A stretch of 64,000 nucleotides of DNA from the human T2T-CHM13v2.0 reference genome, Homo sapiens. Location: contig CP068257.2 of assembly GCA_009914755.4 (NCBI GenBank), forward strand, positions 20,832,001-20,896,000. Reading direction: 5' to 3'. Below, one piece after another: positions 1 to 14,196 of this stretch. The notes below the pieces were generated by a model. It saw only the letters and a list, made by a program, of their open reading frames with translations, did not search any database and was not told the DNA's origin. Each line of letters starts with the position of its first letter. Position 1 is the first letter of the stretch. The position numbers and the translations under genes were made by a program.

Positions 1-2974
1 AACTAATAGTAACAATTCATAATTAATAAGCATGGTAATATCTATTGAGTGTTAGTTATGTATCAGAACATAAGTTATGCATTTAATGTTCATTTAAAAA
101 AATAATGAAAAGCACTCTCTGAGGTAGATACTATTGGTAATATACATATGAGGTAACAGTAAGTGACTGGACTGGAAAGTAAGTCCAGGTCTGTTTCACT
201 ACAGAGACCCAGAGCCAGAAACCTCAACCCCTTGGCTAATAGTCTACACAAAGTTGTTCACAGTCAGTGGCTCTATAATAGTCATTCAGCCTCACCAGTT
301 TGTTTAAATCTTCAGTTCACATTAATACATTTGGAAATGTCAGACTACAATTTTCATTTTCAATTATGCTAAAATATTTACATGCCAAATTGACTATCAC
401 TTATGTCCCTCAAACCTTGCCACATTGTAGCATATGATACCAGAGCCCTGTATTTTCAAGACTTTCAAAATTCAGCTCATTCTTATGAAAAATGATGCAC
501 TTAATGTACTCTTCTGTATATAAACATAATGATCTGAGTACAGAATAGATAGATAATAGGTAGATATATTTTTATGTAAATTTGATCTTTTATTTTGGGT
601 GAGACATAATCTAGCATTGTTTTACTAAACAAATTTTACTAATGATTGACTTGAAAGACAATATTGCAAGAGGCTAAGACACATAGTCTTTGGAGTCAGA
701 ATGTTTAGGAAAGTTTCTTAGCCCCTCAACTTTCTATAGCTGTGTGAACAAGTTCAAGTCACTTAACTCTTGGGGTCTCAGTTTCTCTGTGTGTAAAAGT
801 AGGATGGTAAAAGTGTCTACCTCAAAATGTTTGTGTGTAGTTCACATGTGTTTATATTTATAAAGCTTTTAGAACAGTGTCTGGAGAATCATAAACTCGG
901 TTTAAACATTTGGTTTAAACACTCTCATTTTAAATAATAGTCATATTATTTAAATATATAATTAAATGCCATTCTATATTCTGTAGTTTAAATTTTTAAG
1001 CAATATTTTGTCCAATATGATATCTGGCTATTTCGTCCAAGTTATAAACTATGTACCTCTTGGCCACGTTCAGTTTTCTGTGCTTGCTTAGTCAGCCTTT
1101 TAAGCCAACCTCAATTGCAGGCAGAGACTCAGCCATCTATTATGTTAGCTGTGTTATTCAGCATCAGTTGTCAATGGATTTCTGATGTAGATAGAAGTTT
1201 TTGTGTAACTGAGATATCACTTTGACAGATGAGGTCACAATAGTTTTAACTGATGTTGTTTCAAACCTCAGGAACACTTGCTTACATGGTACAGCTGAAG
1301 CATTTCAAAAGCAACGCAGGATACCTAGTAGCCTAAATTACTCTACACAGACACACATTATTTTTTTAAAAATGTTTCAAGGCTTTTAACAAGCTTTACA
1401 AATTGACAAAAGCAAAATCTTTTTAATTAAATATAATGTTTTTAATGAATAGTTTGAAAGGGCTAGACAGCCTCAGTACAATAAAATGCTGTCTTTGAAG
1501 TAATTTCCATTCATTTGAACTTGAATTGAAAGGTATTAAATCCAGCCTCTTTGTAGACTGCAAATTAAATTAAATTAAAAGCATCTTAATGTTTTAAATA
1601 GAGTTCATGCTTACATGTTTAAATGCTTAGAAATAAAATAGAGGTGAGGCAGAGTAAAATAGATGAACAGAGAACCCTCCAGCAACCTTCCCCTGCACAA
1701 GAACACTAAATTGAATAACCACCCACACAAGAAAACACCTCCACAGGAACCAAAAATCAAGTGAGCAATCATAACACCTAGTTTTAACTTAGTATCAAGA
1801 AAAGAGGCACGGAGGAGGGAAGGGAAGAGAGCCTTAAATTGCCCTGTTCCCATCTTTTAACAGCAGCAGTGGTCATGTGTGGTGTGGAGAGAGAATCTGT
1901 GTGTTTTGGGAAGGGAGAGTGCAGTAATTGTAGGACTTGGCATTGGAATTCAGTGCTGCTCTGTCACAGTGGAAAGCAACATGGGGCAGAAATTTGCTGG
2001 CACCCATAGAGGGAGCATTTAGGCTAGCCCTAGCACGAGAAGAATTATCACTCCCAGTGGCTGGAATTGATTGCTGGTTAATCTCACCACTGCAGGCTAA
2101 AGGGCTGTGGAGCTCTAAATAAACTTGAAAGGCAGTCTGGGCCATAATCACAGCAAAATATTTCAAGGCAACTCCTGGTGCTGGGCTGGCCTTGGAGCAA
2201 GTGGGCTTGGATTGCACATGAACTAGTGAGGCACCAGCTGGAGCAGGCAAGGCACTGCTTGCCTGACACCTCCCACAGCCCCAGGCAGCACAGCTTGCAG
2301 CTCTGGGAAAGACTCTTCCTTCCATTTGAGAAGAGGAGAGGGGGAAAGTAAAGAGCACTTTGCCTAACAACTTGGATACCTGCTCAGACAAAGTAAATTA
2401 GGGCATCAGGCAGAGTCCTGAAGCCCTCATTTCAGGCCCTAGCTCTTGGATGCCATTTCTAGACAACCCTGGGCAACAGGGGAAATGACTGCCTTGAGGG
2501 GAAGGACACAGTCTTGGAAGGATTTATTGTCTACTGACTAAAGAGCACTTGAACCTTCTATAAATATCAGTGGTTTCCAGGTAGTACTCACGGCAGGCCT
2601 TGGGTGAGACCCAATGCTGTGCTGATTTCATATGTGACCCAGGGCATTCCTAGACATAGTGGCCATGGAGAGTTACTCCGTATGTTTGAGGAAAGGAGAG
2701 GAAAGAGTAAAGGGGACTTTGTCTTTCAGCTCACGTACGAGCTCAGCCACAGTGATGTAGAATATCAAGTGGGCTCCTGGGTTCCCTGATCCCAAGCCTT
2801 GGCTCCTGGATGGCATTTATGGACCAGACCTTGGCCAGATTGGCACCAAACTGTCCTTAAAGGAGGCCTTGGAGTATTCAGTACAAGCTGACTACTGAGC
2901 CCTTGGTCCTTGAGTGAACACTGGCACCAGCCAGACAGTAGTTTGTATTCCCTGCTTGCTCATGGGTTTCCTTC

Positions 2975-3120
2975 CTTTAGAAGAATAGCTAATTCATGCT
3001 GGGCTTAATACCTAGATGATGGGTTGATAGGTGCAGCAAACTACCATGACACACATTTACCTATGTAACAAAACTGCACATCCTGCACATGTACCCTGAA
3101 ACTTAAAATACATTTTTAAG
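2975..3120 (+). mobile_element. LINE-1 3'-end fragment (L1PB/L1MA-like 3' UTR terminus)
   Basis: 'gctaattcatgctgggcttaatacctagatgatgggttgataggtgcagcaaactaccatgacacacatttacctatgtaacaaaactgcacatcctgcacatgtaccctgaaacttaaaata' matches the terminal ~130 bp of the primate L1 3' UTR consensus. Confidence 0.55.
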
Positions 3121-3124
3121 TGAT

Positions 3125-4750
3125 AAAACTATGGCCAAAAAAATCCAAAACATTGAAATAATATCAAGTAATTTTCTGACCACAATGAAATGAGACAAAA
3201 TCAATAACAAGAGAAATATTAGAAACTGTATGAACACATGAAAATTAAACATTATGCTTCTATATGGGCAGTGGATCAATTAAGTAATTTAGAAGAAAAT
3301 TTTAAAAAATTACAATAAATGAAAATAGGAACAAGCATACCAGAACCACTGAAATACAGCAAAATCAGTACTGAGAGGAAAGTTTACAGTTTTAAGCACC
3401 TACATCAGAAAAAATAGATAAACATAAAGAAGACATCTTAATGATCCATCTTAAATAACTAGAAAAGAAATAGCAAACCATACCCAACATTAGCAGGAGA
3501 AAAGAAATATGATTAGGGCCAAAATAAATAAAGTTAAAATAAAAAAATACAAAGGTTAATGAAAGAAAATTAAAAAACAAAGAAATTGACAAATCTTTAG
3601 TCATACCAACTAAGAAAAATAAGAGAGGAGACCCAAATAAATAAAATCAAAGATGAAAAAAGAAACATTAAAACTGATACTGAAGAAATTCAAAGGATCA
3701 TTAGAGACAACAATGAGCAGATATATTCCAGTATATTGGAAAATCTAGAAGCAATGGATCAATTTCTAGACAGAAACAATCTACCAGGATTTAACCATGA
3801 ATGAATCCAAAACCAGAATACACTAATAACAAGTAATGAGTTTGAAACTGTCGTAAAAAGTCTATCAGCAAAGAAAAACCCAGAACCTGATGGATTCACT
3901 GCTGAATATTACAAAATATTTAAAAAAGAACCAATACCAATCTTACTTAAAAGATTCTGAAAAATAGAGGGAATACTTCAAAATTCGTTCTATGAGAACT
4001 GATACCAAAACCAGAAAAAGACATATCAAAAAAAAAAAGAAAAATATGGCCAACATCCTTGATGAACATTGATGCAAAAAATCCTCAACAAAACACTAGC
4101 ACACCAAATTCAACTACATGTTAAAAAGATCCTTCATTAAGACAAAGTTGAATTTATCCCACGAATGCAAGGATGGTTCAACATACACAAATCAATCAAT
4201 GTGATACATCATATCAACAGAATGAAAGATAAAATCCATATGATCTTTACAACTGATGGTTAAAAAGCATTTGATCAAAGTTGACATCCCTTAGCAATAA
4301 AAACCCAAAAAAAACTGGGTGTAGAAGGAATATACCTAAATATAATAAAAGCCATGTATGACAGAAACACAACTACTATCATAATGAATGGGAAAAAATG
4401 AAAACCTTTCACCTATAATCTGGATGTCCCAAGGATATCCACTTTCACTGCCGTTATTCAACATAGTACTGGAGGTCATATCTAAAGCAATCAGACAAGA
4501 GAAATAAATAAAGGGTAACCGAACTGGAAAGGAAGATGTCAAATTACCATTGTAGATGATATGGTCTTATATTTGGAAAAATCTAAAGACAACCAAAACA
4601 CTAATGGATCTGATTTTAAAAATTCAGTAAAGTTACAATATACAAAATCAAAATATAAAAATCAGTATCACTTTTATATGCCAACAGCAAACAATCTGTA
4701 AGAGAAATCAAGAAACTAATCTCATTCATCTACAATCACTTTAGAGCTTT
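3125..4750 (+). mobile_element. Older L1 (L1M/L1MA-type) ORF2 internal fragment, end of endonuclease domain through reverse-transcriptase domain, with many stops
   Basis: Strings such as 'ccagaacctgatggattcactgctgaatattacaaaatatttaaaaaagaaccaataccaatcttacttaaa' and 'ttgatgaacattgatgcaaaaaatcctcaacaaaacactagcacaccaaattcaac' follow the L1 ORF2 consensus order; frame is broken repeatedly. Confidence 0.6.
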
Positions 4751-5278
4751 AGGTAAAGAAAGATCAGGGTTTTTAAGGAACAACGGTTAGTATGATGTGA
4801 GCATAATATAAGTAAAAAAGAGAGTATGAATTTAGAAAGTTAGGCACAATGATTGAGATTAACAATAAAGAAAATAACGTTGTCAATGAACGTAAATACA
4901 TATATTAGTAATGTAGAAAGAACACATCAGTTAGACTTAGCAGTTAATTTGGTACGGTGAAAGAATCAGGGGTATTTATATAATTAGTATGTCTTTTGCT
5001 TGACAAATGATGTTTTCATTCCCTGATATAGAGAGTTTGTGTGCGTGTGTGTGGGGGCAGGGGGCAGGATTTATAGCAAAAGAGTGATGAAATGCCTGAA
5101 ACACATTTTTAAAGCATTAAAAATGATAAAATATATTTCAATTTACTCACTTCTTTACCATTTTCAGCCCTCTTTACTCTTTGGTGAAGATCTAAATATC
5201 CTTCCAGTGTAATTCTCCTTTTGTGTGAAGAAATTCCTTTAAAATAATTCTCATAACACAATTCTGAACATAATAAAT

Positions 5279-5372
5279 TTTTGTGGATTGAATTGTGCCC
5301 ATTGAAAATTAAATGCTGAAGTACTAACCTCCAATGGGATGGTACTGGAAGATGAGGCCTTTGGGATGTATA
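5279..5372 (+). mobile_element. MaLR LTR (MLT1-like), 5' portion; continues at 8028 after the Tigger1 insertion
   Basis: 'tgtggattgaattgtgcccattgaaaattaaatgctgaagtactaacctccaatgggatggtactggaagatgaggcctttgggatgta' aligns to the MLT1/MST LTR start 'tgtgatggactgaattgtgtcccc..aaattcatatgttgaagccctaaccccc..ggcctttgggaggtaatt'. Confidence 0.55.
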
Positions 5373-5796
5373 CACAGGCCTACCTCATTTTATCATGCAC
5401 TGCTTTATTGCACTTCATGGATTTTCTGTCTTTTGCAAATTGAAGGTTTGTGACAATCCTGCATCAAGCATGTCTATTGTTGCCATTTTTCCAATAGCAT
5501 GTGCTCATTTACATTATGTCTCTGTGCCACATTTTGGTAATTCCACTACTTTTCTAAACTTTTAAATTATTATTACATCTATTATGGTGGTCTGTGATAA
5601 GTGAATTTTGATGTTACCATTTTGTTTTGGGTTACTACAAACTGCTCCCTTATAAGATTATGAACCTAATACATAAATGTTAAGTGTATTTTGATTGTAT
5701 AACCAGTCAACAATTCACCATATCTCTTTCTCTCCTGGGCCTCCCTATCTCTTGTGACATAAAAATATTGAAATTAGGACAAATAATAACTCTACA

Positions 5797-7845
<2,049 letters not shown>

Positions 7846-8027
7846 TTGAGGTATATACATTGCTTTTTTAGACATAATTCTACTACATATAATAGACTAC
7901 AATATTGTGTGAACATTACTTTCATATGTATTGATTAACCAAAAATTTATGTTACTAGTGTTATTGTGATATTTGCTATATTGCAGTGGTTGGAAGCTGA
8001 ACCCATAATATCTCCAAGGTGTGTCTG

Positions 8028-8253
8028 TAATTGGGTTTAGAGGAGTTCATGAGGGAAGGGTTCTCATCATGGTATTAGTGTTCCTATAGAAACAAAGCAG
8101 AGTTTTCTCTTTTATCTGACACTTGAAGATACAATGAGAAGGAAGCAGTCTGTTAGCTAGGAAAATAATTCTCACCAAGAACCAAATTGCCTAGCACCTT
8201 AATCTTGGATTTCTCACCCTCCATAACTGTGAGAAATAAATGCCTGTTGTTTA

Positions 8254-8258
<5 letters not shown>
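8028..8258 (+). mobile_element. MaLR LTR (MLT1-like), 3' portion continuing from 5372, ending ~20 nt after its AATAAA
   Basis: 'taattgggtttagaggagttcatgagggaagggttctcatcatggtattagtgttcc...gcaccttaatcttggatttctcaccctccataactgtgagaaataaatgcctgttgtttaagc' aligns to the MLT1 consensus '...gcaccttgatcttggacttcccagcctccagaactgtgagaaataaatgtttgttgtttaagcc'. Confidence 0.55.

Positions 8259-8287
<29 letters not shown>
8258..8287 (+). repeat. Pure poly(A) tract (~30 nt) directly after the LTR poly(A) site
   Basis: Uninterrupted A run seen in the sequence. Confidence 0.9.
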
Positions 8288-8290
<3 letters not shown>

Positions 8291-8545
8291 CATGTTTTAG
8301 TAATGTTGAGTCTCTTCCTTCTTATTTCTCTTCCTGAGTCTCTAATTCCTCTTATTTTAGACTGCTTGATAATGCCTCACAGATCACTGATTTCCTGTTC
8401 TATGTATTTTCTCTCTGTCCTTAACTTTGAATAACTTTTATTATTATATGCTCAAGGTCAGCAGTCTTTATCTGTAGCATGGTATCTGCCATTTTTTGTA
8501 TCTAGTGTCATTTTAATTCCAGATTCTGTAGCTGTTTTTAAATTT

Positions 8546-10029
8546 TAATTTAATTTAATTTTAAATTCTGGGATACATGTGCAGGATATGCAGATTTGTT
8601 ACATAGGTAAATGTGTGCCATGGTGTTTTCCTGCACCCCTCAACACATCACCTGGGCATTAAGCCCTGCATGCATTAGCCATTTATCCTGATGCTCTCCC
8701 TTCCCCAACTCCACCCTCTGCCAGGCCCCAGTGTGTGTTGTTTTCCTGCCTGTGTCACTGTGTTCTCATTGTTCAGTTCCCACTTATAAGTTAAAACATG
8801 TGGTGTTTGATTTTCTGTTCCTGCATCAGTTTGCTGAGGATAATAGCTTCCAGCTCTATCCCTGTTCATGAAAAGCATATAATTGTATTCCTTTTAAGGC
8901 TGCATAGTATTTTGTGGTGTATATGTACCACATTTTCTTTATCCAGTCTATCATTGATGGGCATTTGGGTTGATTCCATGTCTTTGCTATTGTAAACAGC
9001 ACTGCAATGAACATGCAAGTGCATGTAGCTTTATAGTAGAATGATTTATATCCCATAATCAGTAATACTGTTGCTGGGTCAAATGGGTGTTTCTGGTTCT
9101 AGGTCTTTGAGGAATTATGATATTGTCTTCCACAATGGCTGAACTAATTTACATTCCCACCAACAGTGTAAAAGCATTCTATTTCTCCACAGCCTCACCA
9201 GCAACTGTTGTTTTTTGACGTTTCAATAATCGCCATTCTGACTTGTGTGATATGGTATCTCATTGTTGTTTTGATTTGCATTTCTCTAATGATCAGTGAT
9301 GTTCAACTATTTTTCATGTTTGTTGGCCGCATAAATGTCTTCTTTTGAGAAGTGCCTGTCCATGTCCTTTACTCACTTTTTAGTGGGTTTTTTTTTTCTT
9401 CTAAGTTTGTTTAAGTGTCTTGTGGATTCTGGATATTAGACCTTTTTCATATTGATACATTGCAAAAATTTTCTCCCATTCTGTAGGTAGTTTGTTCACT
9501 CTGATGTTCATTTATTTTGCTGTGCAGAAGCTCTTTAGTTTAAATAAGCTCTTCAGCTTAATGTGCTATATTTTTTACCTGTATGTTTGCCAATTTAGCT
9601 TTTGTTGCAATTGCTTTTGACATTTTTGTCATAAAATATTTTCCCGTGCCAATGTTCTGAACGAAAAAACAGCCTGTATAGACAAGACAATTCTAAGCAA
9701 AAAGAACAAAGCTGGAGGCATCATGCTATCTGAATTCAAACTATACTACAAGGCTACAATAACCAAAACAGCATGGTACTGGTACAAAAACAGACACACA
9801 GACTAATTGAACAGAAGAAAGAACTCAGGAGTAAGACCACACATCTACAACCATGTGATCCTCAACAAACCTGAGAAAAACAAGTAATGGGGAAAAGATT
9901 CCCTATTTAATAAATGGTGCTGGAAAAACTGGCTAGCTATATGCTGAAAATTGGAACTGGACCCCTTCCTTACACCTCATATAAAAATTAACTCAAGATG
10001 GATTAGAGACTTCAATGTAAAACCCCAAA
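8546..10029 (-). mobile_element. L1 (L1PA/L1PB-type) 3' ~1.1 kb in minus orientation (8546-9661) joined to an inverted, plus-oriented ~370-bp upstream ORF2 segment (9663-10029); twin-priming 5' inversion
   Basis: 8546-9661 is the reverse complement of the L1 3' UTR and ORF2 end (begins 'ctgggatacatgtgcaggatatgcagatttgttacataggtaaatgtgtgccatgg'); 9663-10029 reads forward as L1 ORF2 'aaaaaacagcctgtatagacaagacaattctaagcaaaaagaacaaagctggaggcatcatgctatctgaattcaaactatactacaaggctacaataaccaaaacagcatggtactgg', which lies just 5' of the inverted part in the L1 consensus. Confidence 0.7.
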
Positions 10030-10063
10030 CTGTAGTTTTAATTATGAGGCATTTTCTTTGAGA

Positions 10064-10383
10064 TTTTTTTTCTTTTCTTTCTTTTTTTGGTTTTTGAGAC
10101 ACAGTCTTGCTTTGTCACCCAGGCTGCAGTGCAGTGATGTGATCTTGGCTCACTGCAACCTTGCAACCTTCACCTCCCGGGTTCAAGCAATTCTCCTGCC
10201 TCAGCCTCCTGAGTAGCTGAGATTACAGGTTTGTGCCACCACACCCGGCTAATTTTTGTATTTTTAGTAGAGACCGGGTTTCACCATGTTGGTCAGGCTG
10301 GTCTCGAACTCCTGACCTTGTGATTCGCCTGCCTCAGCCTCCCAAAGTGCTGGTATTATAGGCATGAGTCACCGCACCCAGCC
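10064..10383 (-). mobile_element. Alu, minus orientation
   Basis: T-rich tail then 'gagacacagtcttgctttgtcacccaggctgcagtgcagtg...ggcatgagtcaccgcacccagcc'. Confidence 0.9.
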
Positions 10384-11454
10384 TCCTTTTCTTTTCTTCA
10401 CATGTTCATATGTACCCTACCTTCTGGAACATAAGAAGAAACACATTTATAATGGTTATTTTAAAGTAATTTCCTGCTAGCTCCATCCTCTCTGTCATGA
10501 GAAATGTGCTATATTTTTTACCTGTATGTTTATTAGAATTTTCTGTTGTTTGCATAATTGGCAATTTTGGATTGGGTGTCAAATTTATTGTATTATTTGA
10601 AGTAATGGTGTTTTGTGTTTTCTAGTTTTTTTTTTGGGACATGCAATTATTTGGAATCAATAGGGTCATTTCAAGGTTTACTGTTTTCTGAAATTAATAA
10701 ACATTACATGTAGACAAGTTTTAGGCTTACAATTTTTATTAGATACACTATAATACAGATTAATCCAAGAACATTTTTCTTATTAACTTCTGCACAGAAT
10801 CCTAGAGAGCAAAAATCCAATTTACAGGGGACAATTGAGAAGAAAATATCTCACTACTAAAAATCAATTTGACCTTAAAAAAAACTGAAGTCTATCTCTT
10901 TAAAACTTAAATGTTACCAATAAAATTGTTTTTAAGGGAAAATAAGATAGCATTAACACAACTAACTTGGACATTCAAAGATTACCAAAGTGGATTGTAA
11001 ACTCAAATAATCAGATAGAAATCTAATAAGTTAGCAGAATCTGGAGAACAATAATGCATACATGCACAGTTTTTCTATGAATTACCAGAATGCTCACTGT
11101 TATCCTTTCCCAATACTTATTTTAGACCTTTTGAAGATGGTTATTGTGCTCTATTATAAGATAATAAAACAATCAGTAATGACATATGTAAATGATATCT
11201 TCCATTTTTTTCCTTTCTTGACATTTACAATATATTATTAATCAGTAAAAGTTCTCTGCAAAATAAATTATGTTTTAAGAACACGTTTTCAGAAAAAAAT
11301 AGCAAACATGTCTTATCTTAAATGATTAGATAAGATTTTTATATTTTGATTTAGTCATATTTAAACATAGTATGAAAAAAAATTTACACTGCTACCCATA
11401 TGTCTGTCATGCATGAGAAACAATACCTGTACTTTTCTAATACAACATGCATTA

Positions 11455-11905
11455 TTTTTTATTCCACATAGTTAACTTATCTATATCATGTATATGCACA
11501 CATATATATCCATAATACATTCATAGTGATTGTACATATTTTGTACATGTAATATTTTGATACATGCATACTATAGGTAATGATCAAATTTTGGTAATTG
11601 AAATATCCATCACCTCACACATTTATGTCCTAGTTTTAGCAACATTTTCAAATCTTCCCTTCTAGCTATTTTGAAATATACAGTAAATTATTGTTAACTA
11701 TATTCATGCTACTGTGCAATCACACACTAGGACTTATTCCTTATATTTAACTAGATTTTTGCATCCTTTAACTAACTTCTCTTTATCTCTCCCTTCCTTC
11801 TACCCTTTCCAACCTCTGGCATCCAGTAGTCTTCTCTCTGTCTCCATGAGATCACCTTTTTTAGCTCCCACATATGAGTGAGAACATGCAATATAGAAGT
11901 GAGAG
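11455..11905 (-). mobile_element. L1 3' UTR fragment (L1PB/L1MA-type), minus orientation
   Basis: Reverse complement of 11460-11620 reads '...gaggtgatggatatttcaattaccaaaatttgatcattacctatagtatgcatgtatcaaaatattacatgtac...', matching the L1 3' terminus; 11860-11900 'ccatgagatcaccttttttagctcccacatatgagtgagaacatgc' matches the upstream 3' UTR in reverse. Confidence 0.5.
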
Positions 11906-12239
11906 CTGCAACCCACTAAATTGTCTTTATGACGCACTAACAGTTTATGACGTACATTATGAAAAAATTACTCCATGCAGCCCTCTAAAACTGAATATAC
12001 CAATGCAAAGCAACTCTGACTCACAATCATTGGTAAATGGGTGTAGTAATTGCCAAATATTACATATCATTCACTAAATACCAGACACATTTTTAAGCAC
12101 TCTTCATATATATCTTCTTATAATAAATCTTATAAGCCTGTAGAGCTAGGCTTCAGACTCTGAGATTTTAATAGTGTTTCATAAAGAAAGTACTTTAACA
12201 TTATGGGTCAAGTAGACCCAGAACTTTTTGTTTTAAATT

Positions 12240-12560
12240 GACAGATAAAATAGTACATATTTATTGTACACAACATGGTGTTTGGAATGGTTACATCTAG
12301 CTTACATGCATTAAGAAATGCATTACCTCATATATTTTTCATTTTTTATGGTGAGAATACTTAACATCCATTTCCTTTGCATTATTCAAAAATACAATTC
12401 ACCATGCCATACAATTGATATCTTGAATGTATTCCTCTTTAACTGTAGCTATATATTTGACCAATATTTCCCCAACCTTCCCCTCCTCTAACTATCCCAG
12501 CTTCTGGTAACAACCTATTTTCTACTTATGTGTGCCTCTGAATTTTTAAATAGTACATTT
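12240..12560 (-). mobile_element. Probable ancient L1M 3'-end fragment, minus orientation
   Basis: Weak similarity of 'caaaaatacaattcaccatgccatacaattgat...ctatcccagcttctggtaacaacctattttctacttatgtgtgcctc' to the reverse complement of mammalian-wide L1M 3' ends. Confidence 0.3.
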
Positions 12561-14196
12561 TCGTATTCAGGGCCATTCTCTTATTGCTAATTTTCAGAAA
12601 TGCTTACTGATTTTTTCCATTTTTTTCAAAATGTTATATATAGCTGACATAGAAAAGCATATATTTCAAAAGAGAGGAGAAACAAAATATATTTATTTGT
12701 ATATTTGGTTTTTAGCTTTAATATCAAGCACAGACTGTTATAATTGAGAACTTACAGTTCTTCAGGGAGTGATTGCATTTTATTTAGAACACGGGTGAAC
12801 ATAAAAATTATAGTTTTATAAGTTAATAACTTGCATAAATGGTTTAAAGAAGGCATGGAAGATTGATTTCATGGGCATTTACCTAGCAACCAGATGTCAT
12901 GTATGTGTATCTAAAATGCCTAAAATTGTGGTCATATTGAATTATGTGAGCAGTCTTTCATCAGACAAATAGACGTTATTAAAAGATTAAAGAAAGTTGT
13001 GTTTCCAGAATTGGCACTGCAATTACATTTTTTTTTTTTTTTGCTTAAACAAGAAACTATTATTTTTCCGAATAGAATGGGGAAATGTTTTTGTAGTTTG
13101 TTATTAATTTTAAAATACAAGCAAGTACATAATATATCCATATATATTTTCACTTAGCATGTTGTTTGGATGTCTTAGGGCTGTCATTGAAAGGCATTTC
13201 TCCATCACCCACTACATATTTCCAGGCATCCTAAGGACCACCTCTGTCATCTTATCTCGATGCTTTAAGAGATATTTACTAATATTACTCCCAAGAGTGT
13301 CTGGAAGACCCTCCAGATAATCTCTTTCAATAGCATCATTCTGGAGATGGGTGAGCAGGAAAAAGAAGCTCCAGACCATTAAGCAAGAAAATAACTTCCA
13401 GAAGGTAATAGACATCTTGCATTCCAAACATTTTGAATACCATCTCTGAATATAACTAGCTCTTTTGTCTCTTTCTGTTCCTAGCCTCTCACCTCACTGT
13501 TTGCCAGGGTTTCCATAAGATTATACTGGAGCATTCTCCAGCAAAGGAATATAAAATTATGTTCATATTCTGTTTTAAACTTACAGATATCATCTCACTT
13601 GATCTTAAACATAGTCCTGTGCCTGAGGTGTTATTATCTGCATTTTATAAGGGCAGCATGGAGAATTCTTTGATTGATACTTCAATTTGTTTGTTGTACT
13701 ATTTATTTTTCTATGGAACTGAGAAACTTTGGGTGGACTAGCTTTCCTGAAAAGCAGTGTCATCTGCAAACACTACTGGAGAGGGGAACTAATCAATTAT
13801 ACCTGTAGTAGAAATTAGCAGCTATACATGGCAGAATTAGTGCACTAACGGGCTAAGATGAAAGCTAAAGTTTCCTCTCTGCTATGAAAATAGTCCAGAA
13901 GATTTTTGTATGTAGGACATCATTAACATTTGATTAAAACCTGTGATAAGTAACCTGTAATAGGTAAACCTGTAGTAAGTATTATTGATGCCTCACATTA
14001 CATAAAAACGTAATATGTTTTCCTGTTTGTTTTATATTTTAGTATTAATAACTAAGAAGAATCTTATATATGTTTCATAAGTAAAATGCAGCCTTAACTA
14101 GAAACTTTAATATGGCTAGTACTATTTATGATAATATTTACTAAGAAACAAATGTGAGATGATAAAATGAAAACATCAAAAACTTTGTGATAGTTC

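Noticed and set aside
1873-2391. 172-aa minus-strand ORF, the longest non-transposon ORF in the track
   Set aside because: It lies in the diverged tandem-duplicated block and has low-complexity, Ala/Ser/Pro-rich composition with no recognisable domain and no start context. It is of a size expected by chance in GC-richer primate DNA, so it is not supported as a gene.
7980-8030. Initially read as the start of the MLT1-like LTR
   Set aside because: On closer alignment, 'gcagtggttggaagctgaacccataatatctccaaggtgtgtctg' is the Tigger1 3' terminal inverted repeat. The LTR resumes only at 8028.
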